From the NCBI GenBank assembly GCA_016882545.1, contig VGPW01000001.1, positions 2,342 to 66,341 of the forward strand: a DNA stretch of 64,000 nt, given 5' to 3'. How positions within the stretch are numbered: the stretch's first letter is position 1; each line of letters opens with the position of its first letter. Position numbers and translations under genes: made by a program. Source of the DNA: Cyanobacteria bacterium M_surface_10_m2_179 (GTDB lineage: Bacteria; Cyanobacteriota; Cyanobacteriia; PCC-6307; Cyanobiaceae). Under the pieces are notes generated by a model. It made no database searches and was not told the origin of the DNA. It saw nothing but the letters and a program-made list of their open reading frames with translations. Shown piece by piece: positions 1 through 9,611 of the stretch.

Positions 1-73
1 GTTTAAACCTCCCTGGCTGCCACACACCGATCAGATCGCTTTGGCAGGATCAGGGGAGGCAAGCAACTGATCT

Positions 74-331
74 GTGGATCTCCAGGCCAACGACGCATTT
101 CAGTCCGCCATCAACGCCAGCCGTGACGCCACCGGTGCCAACGCCCCTGAAGGGCAGCGCCGAGGCCCCAGCATCCGCATCGATCGTGGCACCGCCGCTG
201 AACAGGTGTTGGCATCGGAGCTCAAAGGCCGCCAGGACAACAGCGACGCCCTCTCGATGATGGTGAGCTCGATGGTGCACATGGTGCAGGCCGGAAAAAC
301 CCGCAGCGCCAGCAGCCGCTGGTCGGCCTGA
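74..331 (+). CDS. small hypothetical protein (85 aa)
   Basis: GTG-start ORF with G/C-rich third positions, GGGGAGG upstream, co-oriented with downstream genes; start uncertain. Confidence 0.6.
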   Translation: MDLQANDAFQSAINASRDATGANAPEGQRRGPSIRIDRGTAAEQVLASELKGRQDNSDALSMMVSSMVHMVQAGKTRSASSRWSA

Positions 332-381
332 GGCCAGCGCGCTTAGCTGAAGCCAGCCACCTGTTCCCTGCCCTCACGGCC

Positions 382-825
382 ATGGCCCACCTGTCGCGCA
401 CCCTCCTGCTGGCGCTGCTGCTCAGCCCCGCAGCGGCCCAGGCCCACGGCATTGAAAGCAGCCTCACCCGCCTCCAGAGCCTCAACGACAGCCTGGTGCT
501 GCAGAGCCATTTCTCCAATGGCCAACCCACCAGCGATGCCCTGGTGCGCCTGGTGGCTCCCGATGGCCGCAGCCTCGAGCTGGGCCGCACCGATGCCGCA
601 GGCCAGCTGAGCTTCGCCCTGCCGAAGCAGGCCAATGGCAACTGGGGACTCCAGGTGGATGGCGGCCCCGGGCACCGCGACTATCTGGAGATGCCCGTGC
701 AGGCCGGCCAGGCACAGCTGGATCGGATCAGCGAGCACCACCATCCAAATCCGCTGCTCTGGCTCACCGCCCTCGGCGCAACTGCCATGCTGCTCGGACT
801 CCAGCGCATCCGTCGCCCCCGTTGA
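382..825 (+). CDS. exported, membrane-anchored hypothetical protein (signal peptide, predicted mature N-terminus HG, C-terminal TM; CbiL/NikL-like)
   Basis: Signal peptide ending AQA-HG, FSNGQP and GRTDAAGQLSF motifs, HHH, hydrophobic tail followed by RIRRPR. Confidence 0.7.
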   Translation: MAHLSRTLLLALLLSPAAAQAHGIESSLTRLQSLNDSLVLQSHFSNGQPTSDALVRLVAPDGRSLELGRTDAAGQLSFALPKQANGNWGLQVDGGPGHRDYLEMPVQAGQAQLDRISEHHHPNPLLWLTALGATAMLLGLQRIRRPR

Positions 826-1244
826 TGGCCACCGGCAGCGAGAAGCTCGATCAAATCGTTGAACGCCTCAAAGGCACCGCCGACCCCAAGCGGCGCTACG
901 AATACGTGCTCTGGCTGGCCAAGAAGCTGGAACCCCTGCCGGACGACTTCCGCAACGACGCCTTCAAGGTGAAGGGCTGCGTGTCACAGGTGTATGTGGT
1001 GGGGCGGCTGGTGGAGGGGAAGCTGCACTGGCAGGGTGATTCCGATGCCGCGATCACCAAAGGGCTGCTGGCGCTGCTGATCGAGGGCCTCGAAGGGCTG
1101 GAGCCCGCCGCCGCCGCCGGCATCGACCCCAGCTTTCTCAGCGAAACGGGGTTGCAGGCGAGCCTCACGCCCTCGCGGGCCAACGGCTTCCTGAACATCC
1201 TCAAGATGATGCAGGCCCAGGCGAGCGCCCTGGCCGCCGGCTGA
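825..1244 (+). CDS. sufE: Fe-S cluster assembly sulfur acceptor SufE
   Basis: KVKGCVSQV with catalytic Cys, GDSDAAITKGL, LTPSRANGF. Confidence 0.95.
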   Translation: MATGSEKLDQIVERLKGTADPKRRYEYVLWLAKKLEPLPDDFRNDAFKVKGCVSQVYVVGRLVEGKLHWQGDSDAAITKGLLALLIEGLEGLEPAAAAGIDPSFLSETGLQASLTPSRANGFLNILKMMQAQASALAAG

Positions 1245-1290
1245 TCGCACCATCCATTTCTAAGATCGCCCCTTTCACGGACGCGGCGGC

Positions 1291-2601
1291 ATGACCATCG
1301 GCATCGGCTTGCTCGGGCTTGGCACGGTGGGAGCAGGCGTCGCCGAGATCCTGCTCACTCCTCAGGGGCGCCATCCACTGGTGGGGCAGCTCAGCCTGAA
1401 ACGCGTGGCCGTGCGCGATCTAACCCGTCCCCGCCCGGTGGAGCTGCCCACCGAGATCCTTTGCACCGACCCGCTGGCGGTGGTGCACGACCCGGCGGTG
1501 GACATCGTGGTGGAGGTGATGGGCGGCCTGGAGCCGGCCCGCAGCCTGATCCTGGCGGCGATCGCCGCGGGCAAACCGGTGGTAACCGCCAACAAGGCCG
1601 TGATCGCCCGCTACGGCGAAGAGATCGCCGCCGCTGCCGCGGAGCAGGGGGTATACGTGTTGATCGAAGCCGCCGTCGGCGGTGGCATCCCGATCATCGA
1701 ACCGCTGAAGCAGTCGCTGGGCGGCAACCGCATCCAGCGGGTGAGCGGCATCATCAACGGCACCACCAACTACATCCTCAGCCGCATGGCGGATGAGGGG
1801 GCCGCCTACGGCAAGGTGTTGGCCGATGCCCAACGCCTCGGCTACGCGGAAGCCGATCCCGCCGCCGACGTGGAGGGCGGCGACGCCGCCGACAAGATCG
1901 CCATCCTCTCGGGCCTGGCCTACGGCGGCTCGATCGAACGCGGTGCCATTCCCACCGAGGGCATCAACCGCCTCGATGCGCGCGACGTGAACTACGCCGC
2001 CCAACTGGGCTACGTGGTGAAGCTGGTGGCCACGGCCCAGTTCATCGGCACCGACACCGATGGCACGGTGCAACTGGATGTGCGCGTCAGCCCCACCCTG
2101 CTGCCCAAGGAGCACCCGCTGGCGGGGGTGCATGGCGTGAACAACGCGATCCTGGTGGAGGGCGATCCGGTGGGCCGGGTGATGTTTTACGGGCCGGGGG
2201 CCGGGGCCGGGCCTACCGCCTCAGCCGTGGTGGCCGACATTCTCAACATCGCCGGCATCCGCGAAGCCACCGGCCAAGGGGGCGGCCTTGATCCGCTGCT
2301 GGCTGCCAACCGCTGGCGCCCCTGCCGCCTCGTGGATCAGGGGCAGACGCTGCATCGCAACTACCTGCGCCTGCAAACCGGCGATCAGGCTGGCGTGATC
2401 GGCCAGATCGGCACCTGTTTTGGTGATGCGGGCGTGTCAATCCGCTCGATCGTGCAGTTCGAAACCACCGGCGAGGCCAGCGATGCCGAGATCGTGGTGA
2501 TCACCCATGAGGTGCAGGAGGCCAACTTCCGCCGCGCCGTGGATGCGATCAGCGCTCTCAGCGCCGTGAAGGCCGTTGCAGCATGCCTGCGCACGCTCTG
2601 A
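1291..2601 (+). CDS. hom: homoserine dehydrogenase with C-terminal ACT domain
   Basis: GLGTVG, VVTANKA, EAAVGGGIP, GIINGTTNYIL, GYAEADP, GPGAG. Confidence 0.97.
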   Translation: MTIGIGLLGLGTVGAGVAEILLTPQGRHPLVGQLSLKRVAVRDLTRPRPVELPTEILCTDPLAVVHDPAVDIVVEVMGGLEPARSLILAAIAAGKPVVTANKAVIARYGEEIAAAAAEQGVYVLIEAAVGGGIPIIEPLKQSLGGNRIQRVSGIINGTTNYILSRMADEGAAYGKVLADAQRLGYAEADPAADVEGGDAADKIAILSGLAYGGSIERGAIPTEGINRLDARDVNYAAQLGYVVKLVATAQFIGTDTDGTVQLDVRVSPTLLPKEHPLAGVHGVNNAILVEGDPVGRVMFYGPGAGAGPTASAVVADILNIAGIREATGQGGGLDPLLAANRWRPCRLVDQGQTLHRNYLRLQTGDQAGVIGQIGTCFGDAGVSIRSIVQFETTGEASDAEIVVITHEVQEANFRRAVDAISALSAVKAVAACLRTL

Positions 2602-2806
2602 ACCGGCGCTGAGGCAGATTGGAACAAACCGAAAGACACCGAACGGATTGAAGCCCGATGCGAGTCCGCTGACGCGCGGCTTGATTTGTACCGACAGGAA
2701 CCTTTGATCGCTTCGAGGCCAGGAAGGCTTCCCCCAGCGTTCACGCTCCCGTTCTCTCCTTTCGTCTTCCCCACCTTTCGCTCCAATCCCTCGGCAAACC
2801 CATCCC

Positions 2807-3010
2807 ATGGCCCTGCATCAGGGTGATTGCATCACCCTCAACAGCGACGAGCACCTCTATCAGGTGATCGGTGTCGACGACCGACACAACCGCTGCTGGG
2901 TGCGGCGCTGGCCGCTGGCCCGCCACGGTTCACCCGTGTTTGAAATTTCCCTGCAACAGGTGGCCAGCAGCAGCCACCCCCATCCCCCACGTCTGGCCCA
3001 TGGGGCTTGA
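2807..3010 (+). CDS. small conserved-type hypothetical protein (67 aa)
   Basis: ATG after pyrimidine-rich leader; beta-rich YQVIGVDD..CWVRRWP; coding-like codon usage. Confidence 0.7.
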   Translation: MALHQGDCITLNSDEHLYQVIGVDDRHNRCWVRRWPLARHGSPVFEISLQQVASSSHPHPPRLAHGA

Positions 3011-3020
3011 ATAAGCGGGC

Positions 3021-4607
3021 TTGCCCGCAGCCTTGACCTCCCGCCCACCGCTCCTCAAGGCCCTGGCGGCCCTGCTGCCACTCGTGCCCTGCCTCACGGG
3101 CTGCCAGCCCCCCCATCCGGCCGGGCAACTGGTGGTGGCCAACAAGAGCAGTCTCGGCTCGGTGGATCCCGCCGACATCACCACCATTGGCGGCCTGCAG
3201 CTGCTCAGCGCCGTTGGTGATCCGCTCTACGCCGCCAACGCCCAGGGCCACCTGCAGCCGCGCCTGGCCGCCGCCCTGCCGCAGCTGAGCGCCGGCGGCC
3301 GGATCGCGCGGATCCCCCTGCGCCGGGATGTGCGGTTTCACGACGGCACCCGCTTCGATGCCTCAGCGATGGTGTTCAGCCTGGAGCGCTTCCGCGCCCT
3401 GGCCAAGATGGGCTATCTGCTCGACGACCGCATCAGCGGCCTGCGGGCCAGCGGCCCCTACGAACTGGAGCTGCAGCTGAAACGCCCCTACAGCGCCCTG
3501 CCGGCGCTGCTGAGCTCCATCAGCCTCACGCCCCTCTCCCCCACCGCCTACCGGCAACACCGCACCAGCTCGCTGCCGGATCGGTTCGTGGGCACGGGCC
3601 CTTACCGTCTGGTGAGCAGCACACCGCAGCAGCAAACGCTGCTGCCCTTCTCGGGCTATTGGGGAACGCCAGCCCGCAACAGCGGCATCCACCTGGTGAC
3701 CCTCAGCAACTCCACGGCCCTGTTCGGCGCCCTGGTGAGCGGCGAGGTGGATGTGCTCACCTCCTCAGGCTTGGAAAGCGATCAGCAGCGGGCCCTGGCC
3801 CAGCGGGCTGCCAGCGGCAGGCTGGTGGAAGCGATCGGGCCAGCCGGGGAGATCGGCTACCTCACCCTGCTCAGCGATCGGGCTCCGCTCGCCTCGCCGC
3901 TGCTGCGCCGCGCCGTGGCCCTCAGCCTGGACCGACCGCTGATCAGCGAGCGGGTGACCTACGGCATCCGTGCCCCCTTGCGCTCCCTGGTGCCGCCGCC
4001 GCTGGCGGGCTCAGCGCCGCCGGCCTGGCCCATCTACAACCCGCGCCAGGCGCGCACGCTCTACCGCCAGGCGGGCTACTGCCAGGGGCAGCGCCTCACC
4101 CTGCCCCTCACCTTCCGCTCCAACGTGCCCGCCGATCGCCTGTTCGCCCTCACCTGGAAGGCCCAACTGCAGCGCGATCTGGGCGATTGCGTGCAGCTGG
4201 AGATCAGCGGCATGGAATCCACCACCGCCTACCGGCAGCTGGAGAAGGGCGCCTTCCCGATGATCCTGCTCGATTGGAGCGCCGACTATCCCGATCCAGA
4301 CAGCTATCTGGCGCCGATGCTGGGCTGCAGCCGCAGCAGCGGCAACCGCTGCCTGGAGGGCAACGCCGCCGCCGCCGGCAGCTTCTGGAGCGCTCCAGGC
4401 CTGCAGGCCGAGCTGGAGGCCAGCGAGAGCCAAAGCGGTGGCCAGCGCCGCGAGCTGCTGCAACGCATCCAGCGCCGTGCCGCCGCCGGCGCCGCCTACA
4501 TCCCGGTGTGGCAGGTGGCGCCAAGGGCCTGGGCGCAGCCGCGGCTGCAGCGCCCGGTGTTTGATGGCAGCGGCCGCCTGGTGCTGCAGGCCCTGAGGGT
4601 CCGATGA
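3021..4607 (+). CDS. ABC transporter substrate-binding lipoprotein, family 5 (DppA/OppA-like)
   Basis: Lipobox LTGC, LRRDVRFHDGT, VGTGPY, WSADYPDPD. Confidence 0.93.
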   Translation: MPAALTSRPPLLKALAALLPLVPCLTGCQPPHPAGQLVVANKSSLGSVDPADITTIGGLQLLSAVGDPLYAANAQGHLQPRLAAALPQLSAGGRIARIPLRRDVRFHDGTRFDASAMVFSLERFRALAKMGYLLDDRISGLRASGPYELELQLKRPYSALPALLSSISLTPLSPTAYRQHRTSSLPDRFVGTGPYRLVSSTPQQQTLLPFSGYWGTPARNSGIHLVTLSNSTALFGALVSGEVDVLTSSGLESDQQRALAQRAASGRLVEAIGPAGEIGYLTLLSDRAPLASPLLRRAVALSLDRPLISERVTYGIRAPLRSLVPPPLAGSAPPAWPIYNPRQARTLYRQAGYCQGQRLTLPLTFRSNVPADRLFALTWKAQLQRDLGDCVQLEISGMESTTAYRQLEKGAFPMILLDWSADYPDPDSYLAPMLGCSRSSGNRCLEGNAAAAGSFWSAPGLQAELEASESQSGGQRRELLQRIQRRAAAGAAYIPVWQVAPRAWAQPRLQRPVFDGSGRLVLQALRVR

Positions 4608-5623
4608 GTCGCCGCCGCCACCTGCTCCGCTACCTCGCCAGCCGCCTGGCCCTGGTGCCGCTGATGCTGTGGCTGATCGCCAGCCTGGTGTTCCTGCTGC
4701 TGCGGGTGGCACCGGGGGATCCGATTGATGCGCTGCTGGGTTTGCGTGCTCCACCAGAAGCTCGGGCCGCCCTGCGGCAGCAGCTGGGGCTGGATCAGCC
4801 GCTGCTGGTGCAATACGGCCGCTACCTGGCAGACCTTCTGCATGGCGAGCTGGGCACCTCGCTCACCAACAACGAGCCGGTGACGGGCGTGATCGGCCAC
4901 AGCCTGCCGGCCAGCCTCGAGCTGGGCCTGGTGGCGCTGCTGATCGCCGCCGTGCTGGGGCTGAGTGTGGGCTTCAGCGGCATTGCCCGGCCTGAGGGCA
5001 AAACGGATTTAGCGGGTCGTCTCTATGGCATCGGCACCTATGCCCTGCCGCCCTTCTGGGCGGCGATGGTGGTGCAGCTGGTGTTCGCCGTGTGGCTGGG
5101 TTGGCTGCCGGTGGGGGGACGCTTCCCCGCCACATTGATGCCACCCCAGGGCAGCGGCTTCTACCTGCTCGACAGCCTGCTGAGCGGCAACGCGACGCAG
5201 CTGTGGGGAACGCTGCGCCATCTGGTGCTGCCGGCCAGCACCCTGGGGCTGCTGCTCAGCGGCGTGTTTGCCAATGCGCTGCGGCTCAACCTGCGGCGCG
5301 CCCTCGATTCCGACTACGTGGAAGCGGCCCGCAGCCGCGGCCTGAGCGAACGGCGGGTGGTGTTGCGCCATGCCCTGCCCAATGCCCTGCTGCCGGTGCT
5401 CACGATCACGGGCATCACCGTGGCCTCGCTGATCGGCGGTGCGCTGTTGATTGAGGTCACCTACTCCTGGCCGGGGGTGGCCTTCCGGCTGCAGGAGGCG
5501 ATCAGCCAGCGCGACTACCCCGTGGTGCAGGGGATTGTGGTGGTGGTGGCGGCGCTGGTGGTGGCGGTGAGCGTGCTGGTGGACCTGCTGGTGGCGCTGC
5601 TGGATCCGCGGATCAGTTTTTGA
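4604..5623 (+). CDS. ABC transporter permease (DppB/OppB-like)
   Basis: PGDP, GLDQPL..QY, EAA motif DYVEAARSRGL, HALPNA, RDYPVVQG; ATGA overlap with the upstream gene. Confidence 0.95.
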   Translation: MSRRRHLLRYLASRLALVPLMLWLIASLVFLLLRVAPGDPIDALLGLRAPPEARAALRQQLGLDQPLLVQYGRYLADLLHGELGTSLTNNEPVTGVIGHSLPASLELGLVALLIAAVLGLSVGFSGIARPEGKTDLAGRLYGIGTYALPPFWAAMVVQLVFAVWLGWLPVGGRFPATLMPPQGSGFYLLDSLLSGNATQLWGTLRHLVLPASTLGLLLSGVFANALRLNLRRALDSDYVEAARSRGLSERRVVLRHALPNALLPVLTITGITVASLIGGALLIEVTYSWPGVAFRLQEAISQRDYPVVQGIVVVVAALVVAVSVLVDLLVALLDPRISF

Positions 5624-7187
5624 GGCTGCGCTGCCAGGTTTCCGCCAGGGAGCGGTTGAGCACGTGGGCGGTGACGCCCCCCAGCTGGCGCTGCTGGGGC
5701 GGCAGCCCGCGCGGCAGCGCCTCCAGAAAATCGCTGCTGAGGCCAAGGCTGAGGGCCTGCACCCGCAGCGGTTCCACCCCCACAAACTCCTCGCCCAGCT
5801 GAAACAGGGCTTGATCGCCGCGGCGGATCCGCACCGGCGAGAAGTGGCTGCCGCCCTCCACCAGCACCAAACGGCTCTGGGCCCGGCCCTCCTGTAGGAA
5901 CAGCTGCAGCTGCTCCGCCAGGGGCGGCGTGATCAGATCGAGGCTGCCGCCCACCAGCAAAACCGGTGCGGGCAGCGGCCGCAGGCCGCGATGGGGCCAG
6001 AGCAGGCTGCCGAAGCCGTTGAAGCTCACCACGGCGGCCAGCGGTTGGGCCAGGGGGGTGGGCGGCGGCAGCGACACCGCCAGCAGCTGGCACTGCAGCA
6101 GGCGCGACAGGTTGGTGAGCGGAATGCCATCGAGGGCCCGATCGCAGCGCCTGGCCAGGCCCGCTTCCGGCCGCAGGCCCGCCGCCAGCAGGCTGGAGAG
6201 GCCACCAAGCGAATGGCCCATCAACACCACCCGATCCCCCAGCCGGGGCAGGGTGCCCTGCTGCACCGCCGCCACCACCGCCTGCAAATCCTGAACGCGG
6301 CCGCTGAGGGTTTCGGCGCCCGGCGGCGGCCGGCGCCCCTGCAGCAGCTCACGCATCGCCTGCTCATCGCTGCCGGGGTGATCGAGCAGCAGCACCGGCC
6401 AGCCCCTCTGCTGCAGGCCAGCGGCCAGCCACTCCAGCTGCTCGGCCGTGCCCCCCAAACCAGGGGTGAGCAACACCCAGGTGGACTGGCTCGCCGGCCA
6501 GATCTGCAACGCCAGGGGCTGCTGGCGATGGGGCACCGGCAGCTGCAACCGCTGCGGCCCCTGCAGCGGTTGCGAGGGTGTCGCTGCCGTTGGCAGCGAC
6601 ACCGACACCCGGCGCAGGGGCAGCTGCCGCAGGGCCACCAGGGCCTGGCGCTGCTGGAGCAGTTGCTGACGCCAGCGATCCGCCAGCTGCAGACCCCCAT
6701 CGAGGTGCAGCACCAGCCGCTCGCTGGGCACGGCCCGCAGCAGTTCGATGGTGGTCACCTGGCTCTGGCGCGCCAGCAGCTGCTGCAGGGTTTGATAGAG
6801 CAGGGGCCCGGCACCGCCCTGATCGGTGCTGATCAGATCATCGAGCTCCTCCAGCACCCGCTGCCCGGCCCAACTGGCCAGAAACTGCTGGGCAAAGGAG
6901 CGATCGCTCACCAATGGGGCCCGCAGGATGCGCAGCAGCTGGTCGCGCCCCTTCGGATCCAGCAGATCCAGCCAGGCCCGCAGATCTCCCCCCACCGCTT
7001 CGGGGCGACGGCTCCAGGCCTCGAGGGCCACCAGATCGATGGGGAGGCGCAGACTGTCGAGCTGCACCTCCAGCTGGTCTGCAGCGCGCACGGGCAGCGG
7101 CCCCAGCAGCAGCAACCCAGCCAGCAGACTGCGGAGCAGGGAACGCAGCGGTTTCAGGCGGGTTGGCACAAGCACGGGGGCTGTCAA
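5613..7187 (-). CDS. alpha/beta hydrolase with DUF1400-type N-terminus
   Basis: Signal peptide, PGLGG, DHPGS, nucleophile elbow GHSLGG, GGSHFSP; start uncertain (7187/7175/7169). Confidence 0.9.
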   Translation of the reverse strand: MTAPVLVPTRLKPLRSLLRSLLAGLLLLGPLPVRAADQLEVQLDSLRLPIDLVALEAWSRRPEAVGGDLRAWLDLLDPKGRDQLLRILRAPLVSDRSFAQQFLASWAGQRVLEELDDLISTDQGGAGPLLYQTLQQLLARQSQVTTIELLRAVPSERLVLHLDGGLQLADRWRQQLLQQRQALVALRQLPLRRVSVSLPTAATPSQPLQGPQRLQLPVPHRQQPLALQIWPASQSTWVLLTPGLGGTAEQLEWLAAGLQQRGWPVLLLDHPGSDEQAMRELLQGRRPPPGAETLSGRVQDLQAVVAAVQQGTLPRLGDRVVLMGHSLGGLSSLLAAGLRPEAGLARRCDRALDGIPLTNLSRLLQCQLLAVSLPPPTPLAQPLAAVVSFNGFGSLLWPHRGLRPLPAPVLLVGGSLDLITPPLAEQLQLFLQEGRAQSRLVLVEGGSHFSPVRIRRGDQALFQLGEEFVGVEPLRVQALSLGLSSDFLEALPRGLPPQQRQLGGVTAHVLNRSLAETWQRSLKN

Positions 7188-8392
7188 CAGGCCGGCACTG
7201 GTGGTTCCAGTTTCCCGCGCCGCTGCGGGAGCTGGCCAGCGTGCGTCTGGTAGCCAGCTTCGGGGCAGGCGGGGTGCTCTACCTCACGCCGATGGTGTTC
7301 CACCAGGCCGATTTCAGCGCCTCGCAGGTGGGTGTGGGGCTGGCGCTGGCCGCACTGGCGGGCACGGTCGGCCGCTTCGCCAGCGGCTGGCTGCTGGATC
7401 TGGGGAGGAGCTGCGGACTGCCGGTGTTGCTGGCGGCCCTCTGTGGCTTCCTGGGTGATGGCCTGCTGCTGGGCGCCCGCGATCTGCAGGGTTACATCGC
7501 CGGCCAGCTGCTGTTGGGGATGGCCGGCGGTCTCTACTGGCCAGCGGTGGAGCTGGCGGTGCCGCTCTGCGCTCCGCCGGTGCCGTCGGCGCGGGGCTAC
7601 GCGCTGGTGCGCAGTGCCGATGCCGCAGGGGTAGCCAGCGGCACCCTGGCCGGCGCCGTGCTGGCCCAGCTGGGCCAGCTGCGGGGGGTGTATCTCGTGG
7701 ATATGGGCGCCGTACTGGTGCTAGCCGCACTGCTGCTGTGGCGGCCGCTGCCGCGGGCCCCGCGCAGCGGTAGCGCGGGAATCACGCCCGTGCCGCTCCG
7801 CCAGTGGCTGCCGGCGCTGGTGCCGATGCTGCTGGTGTCGGTGGTGGCCACGGCGATTCCGGCGCTGATGCAGAGCGCCCTGCCCCTGGATTTGGTGCGG
7901 GGCGGGCTGGCGCGAGCGGCTCAACCTGAATCGATCAGCGCCCTGCTGATCGGCATCCAACTGGGCCTGCTGCTGCTGATCCAATGGCCCGTGGGCCAGC
8001 ATCTAGCCCGCCGCTCGGTGGCCGTGGGGCTGGGGTTGAGCCTGATCTGCTTCAGCATCGGCTGCACCCTGCTGGCGCTCTCCTGCCTGAGCGAGCAGGG
8101 CATTGCCCTGGTGGTGATCGGACTGGTGGTGCTGGCCTTTGGTGAGGCGGCCTTCCTGCCCACCGCCACCGAGGCCGTTGTGGAGCTGAGCCCGGCCGGC
8201 CATGGCGGCCTGGCGATGGCGCTGTTCTCCCAATGCTTTGCCCTCAGTGCCTTCGGGGCACCGCTGCTCGCCGGCATGCTGCTGGATCTGCAGGGCCATG
8301 GCTTGCAGCTGTGGTTGCTGGTGGCGCTGGTGTGCGCCCTGAGCCTGCTGCTGGTGGGGCCGATCCGCAACCAGGCGCATCAGAAGGGCTGA
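7163..8392 (+). CDS. MFS transporter
   Basis: About 12 hydrophobic segments, GRFASGWLLD motif-A-like; start uncertain (TTG 7163, CTG 7181 or GTG 7241). Confidence 0.88.
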   Translation: MAQARGLSTGRHWWFQFPAPLRELASVRLVASFGAGGVLYLTPMVFHQADFSASQVGVGLALAALAGTVGRFASGWLLDLGRSCGLPVLLAALCGFLGDGLLLGARDLQGYIAGQLLLGMAGGLYWPAVELAVPLCAPPVPSARGYALVRSADAAGVASGTLAGAVLAQLGQLRGVYLVDMGAVLVLAALLLWRPLPRAPRSGSAGITPVPLRQWLPALVPMLLVSVVATAIPALMQSALPLDLVRGGLARAAQPESISALLIGIQLGLLLLIQWPVGQHLARRSVAVGLGLSLICFSIGCTLLALSCLSEQGIALVVIGLVVLAFGEAAFLPTATEAVVELSPAGHGGLAMALFSQCFALSAFGAPLLAGMLLDLQGHGLQLWLLVALVCALSLLLVGPIRNQAHQKG

Positions 8393-8463
8393 GGCCCTTG
8401 GCAGCCGCAACACATGCCGGGAACTACCAGAGCCTGCACAATCGAATCAGTGCGGCCAATCCG

Positions 8464-9352
8464 ATGGCTCTTCACGATCACGGTCGCCGCCACCCGCAGC
8501 AACACATCGGCCACGCCGGACTGGCTTCGGCATTCCGCTGGAGCATTCTGCTCAACACGGTGCTCTCAGTGGCACAGGTGGTGATCGGCATCGGCTTCGG
8601 CTCGCTGGCGCTGATCAGCGATGCCATCCACAACCTGGGCGATGTGGCCGGCCTCACCCTGGGCTGGGGCGCTGAGCGGCTGAGCACGCGCCCCCCAATG
8701 AGCGCTTCACCTATGGCTTCGGGCGCAGCACCCAGCTGGCGGCCCTGATCAATGGCGTGCTGGTGGCGATGGCCTCAGCGGTGGTGGTAGTGGAGGGGAT
8801 CCAGCGGCTGCACCACCCAGAACCGCTGGTGAGCGGGCCGGTGGCCTGGGCCGCCGCCCTCGGCGTGCTGGTGAACTTCGGTTCAGCCCGCTTCTTCGGC
8901 CACGGCGGCATCGGCCAGCACGATCTCAACCGCCGGGCTGCGGTGGTCCACCTGATGACCGATGCGCTGGTATCCCTGGCGGTGCTGGTCAGCTCCCTGC
9001 TGGTGGGGCTCACCGGTTGGCCATGGCTCGATCCGCTCACGGCGATCGGCGTGGGTGTGGCGGTGGGCTACACGGGGGTCGTGCTGATCCGCGATGCGCT
9101 GGTGGTGCTGCTCGACGGCATCCCCATGCACATCCAACCGGAACTGGTGCGCTCCACCCTGCTGGCGCTGCCGGGGGTGGTGGATGTGCACCACATTCAC
9201 ATCTGGAGCCTGAGCACCACCCAGGTGGCACTCACGGCCCATTCTGCCGGCGCGATAGCGGGCTGGATGATCTCGCTCTCTTGCACCGAGCCAAAACAGC
9301 CCTCGCCGAGATCGGCGTGGAGCACAGCACCTTGCAGCTGGAGCCGGGCTAA
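8464..9352 (+). pseudogene. cation diffusion facilitator (CzcD/ZitB-like) with two 1-nt frameshifts
   Basis: His-rich N-terminus, SLALISDAIHNLGD, (N)ERFTYGFGR, HLMTD, DVHHIHIW and EHSTLQLE lie in three frames; breaks at C6 8691-8696 and ~9243. Confidence 0.88.
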
Positions 9353-9369
9353 AGCCAACAAGACAGGTC

Positions 9370-9534
9370 TCAGCCCTTGCTCACCTTGGCCGTCCAGGCT
9401 TCGTGGGGCAACGGCTCGGTGCCGTACTCCCAGTCGTCGTAGTCGGGGTCGTTGCGGATCTGCTGGTGCAGCTGCTTCTGCGCCTCGAAGTCGTGCTGCT
9501 GAGCGGATTCAGATGCGCGCTGCTGGTCCGTCAT
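9370..9534 (-). CDS. small acidic hypothetical protein (54 aa)
   Basis: MTDQQ...DPDYDDWEYGTEP; G/C-rich third positions. Confidence 0.65.
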   Translation of the reverse strand: MTDQQRASESAQQHDFEAQKQLHQQIRNDPDYDDWEYGTEPLPHEAWTAKVSKG

Positions 9535-9611
9535 GGCGGTGAACAACCTCTCCCCATTCTGGGGCAAGTTGATCGCTCAGCCGTGTAGCGGAACCAGCGC
9601 TCACATCGCCG

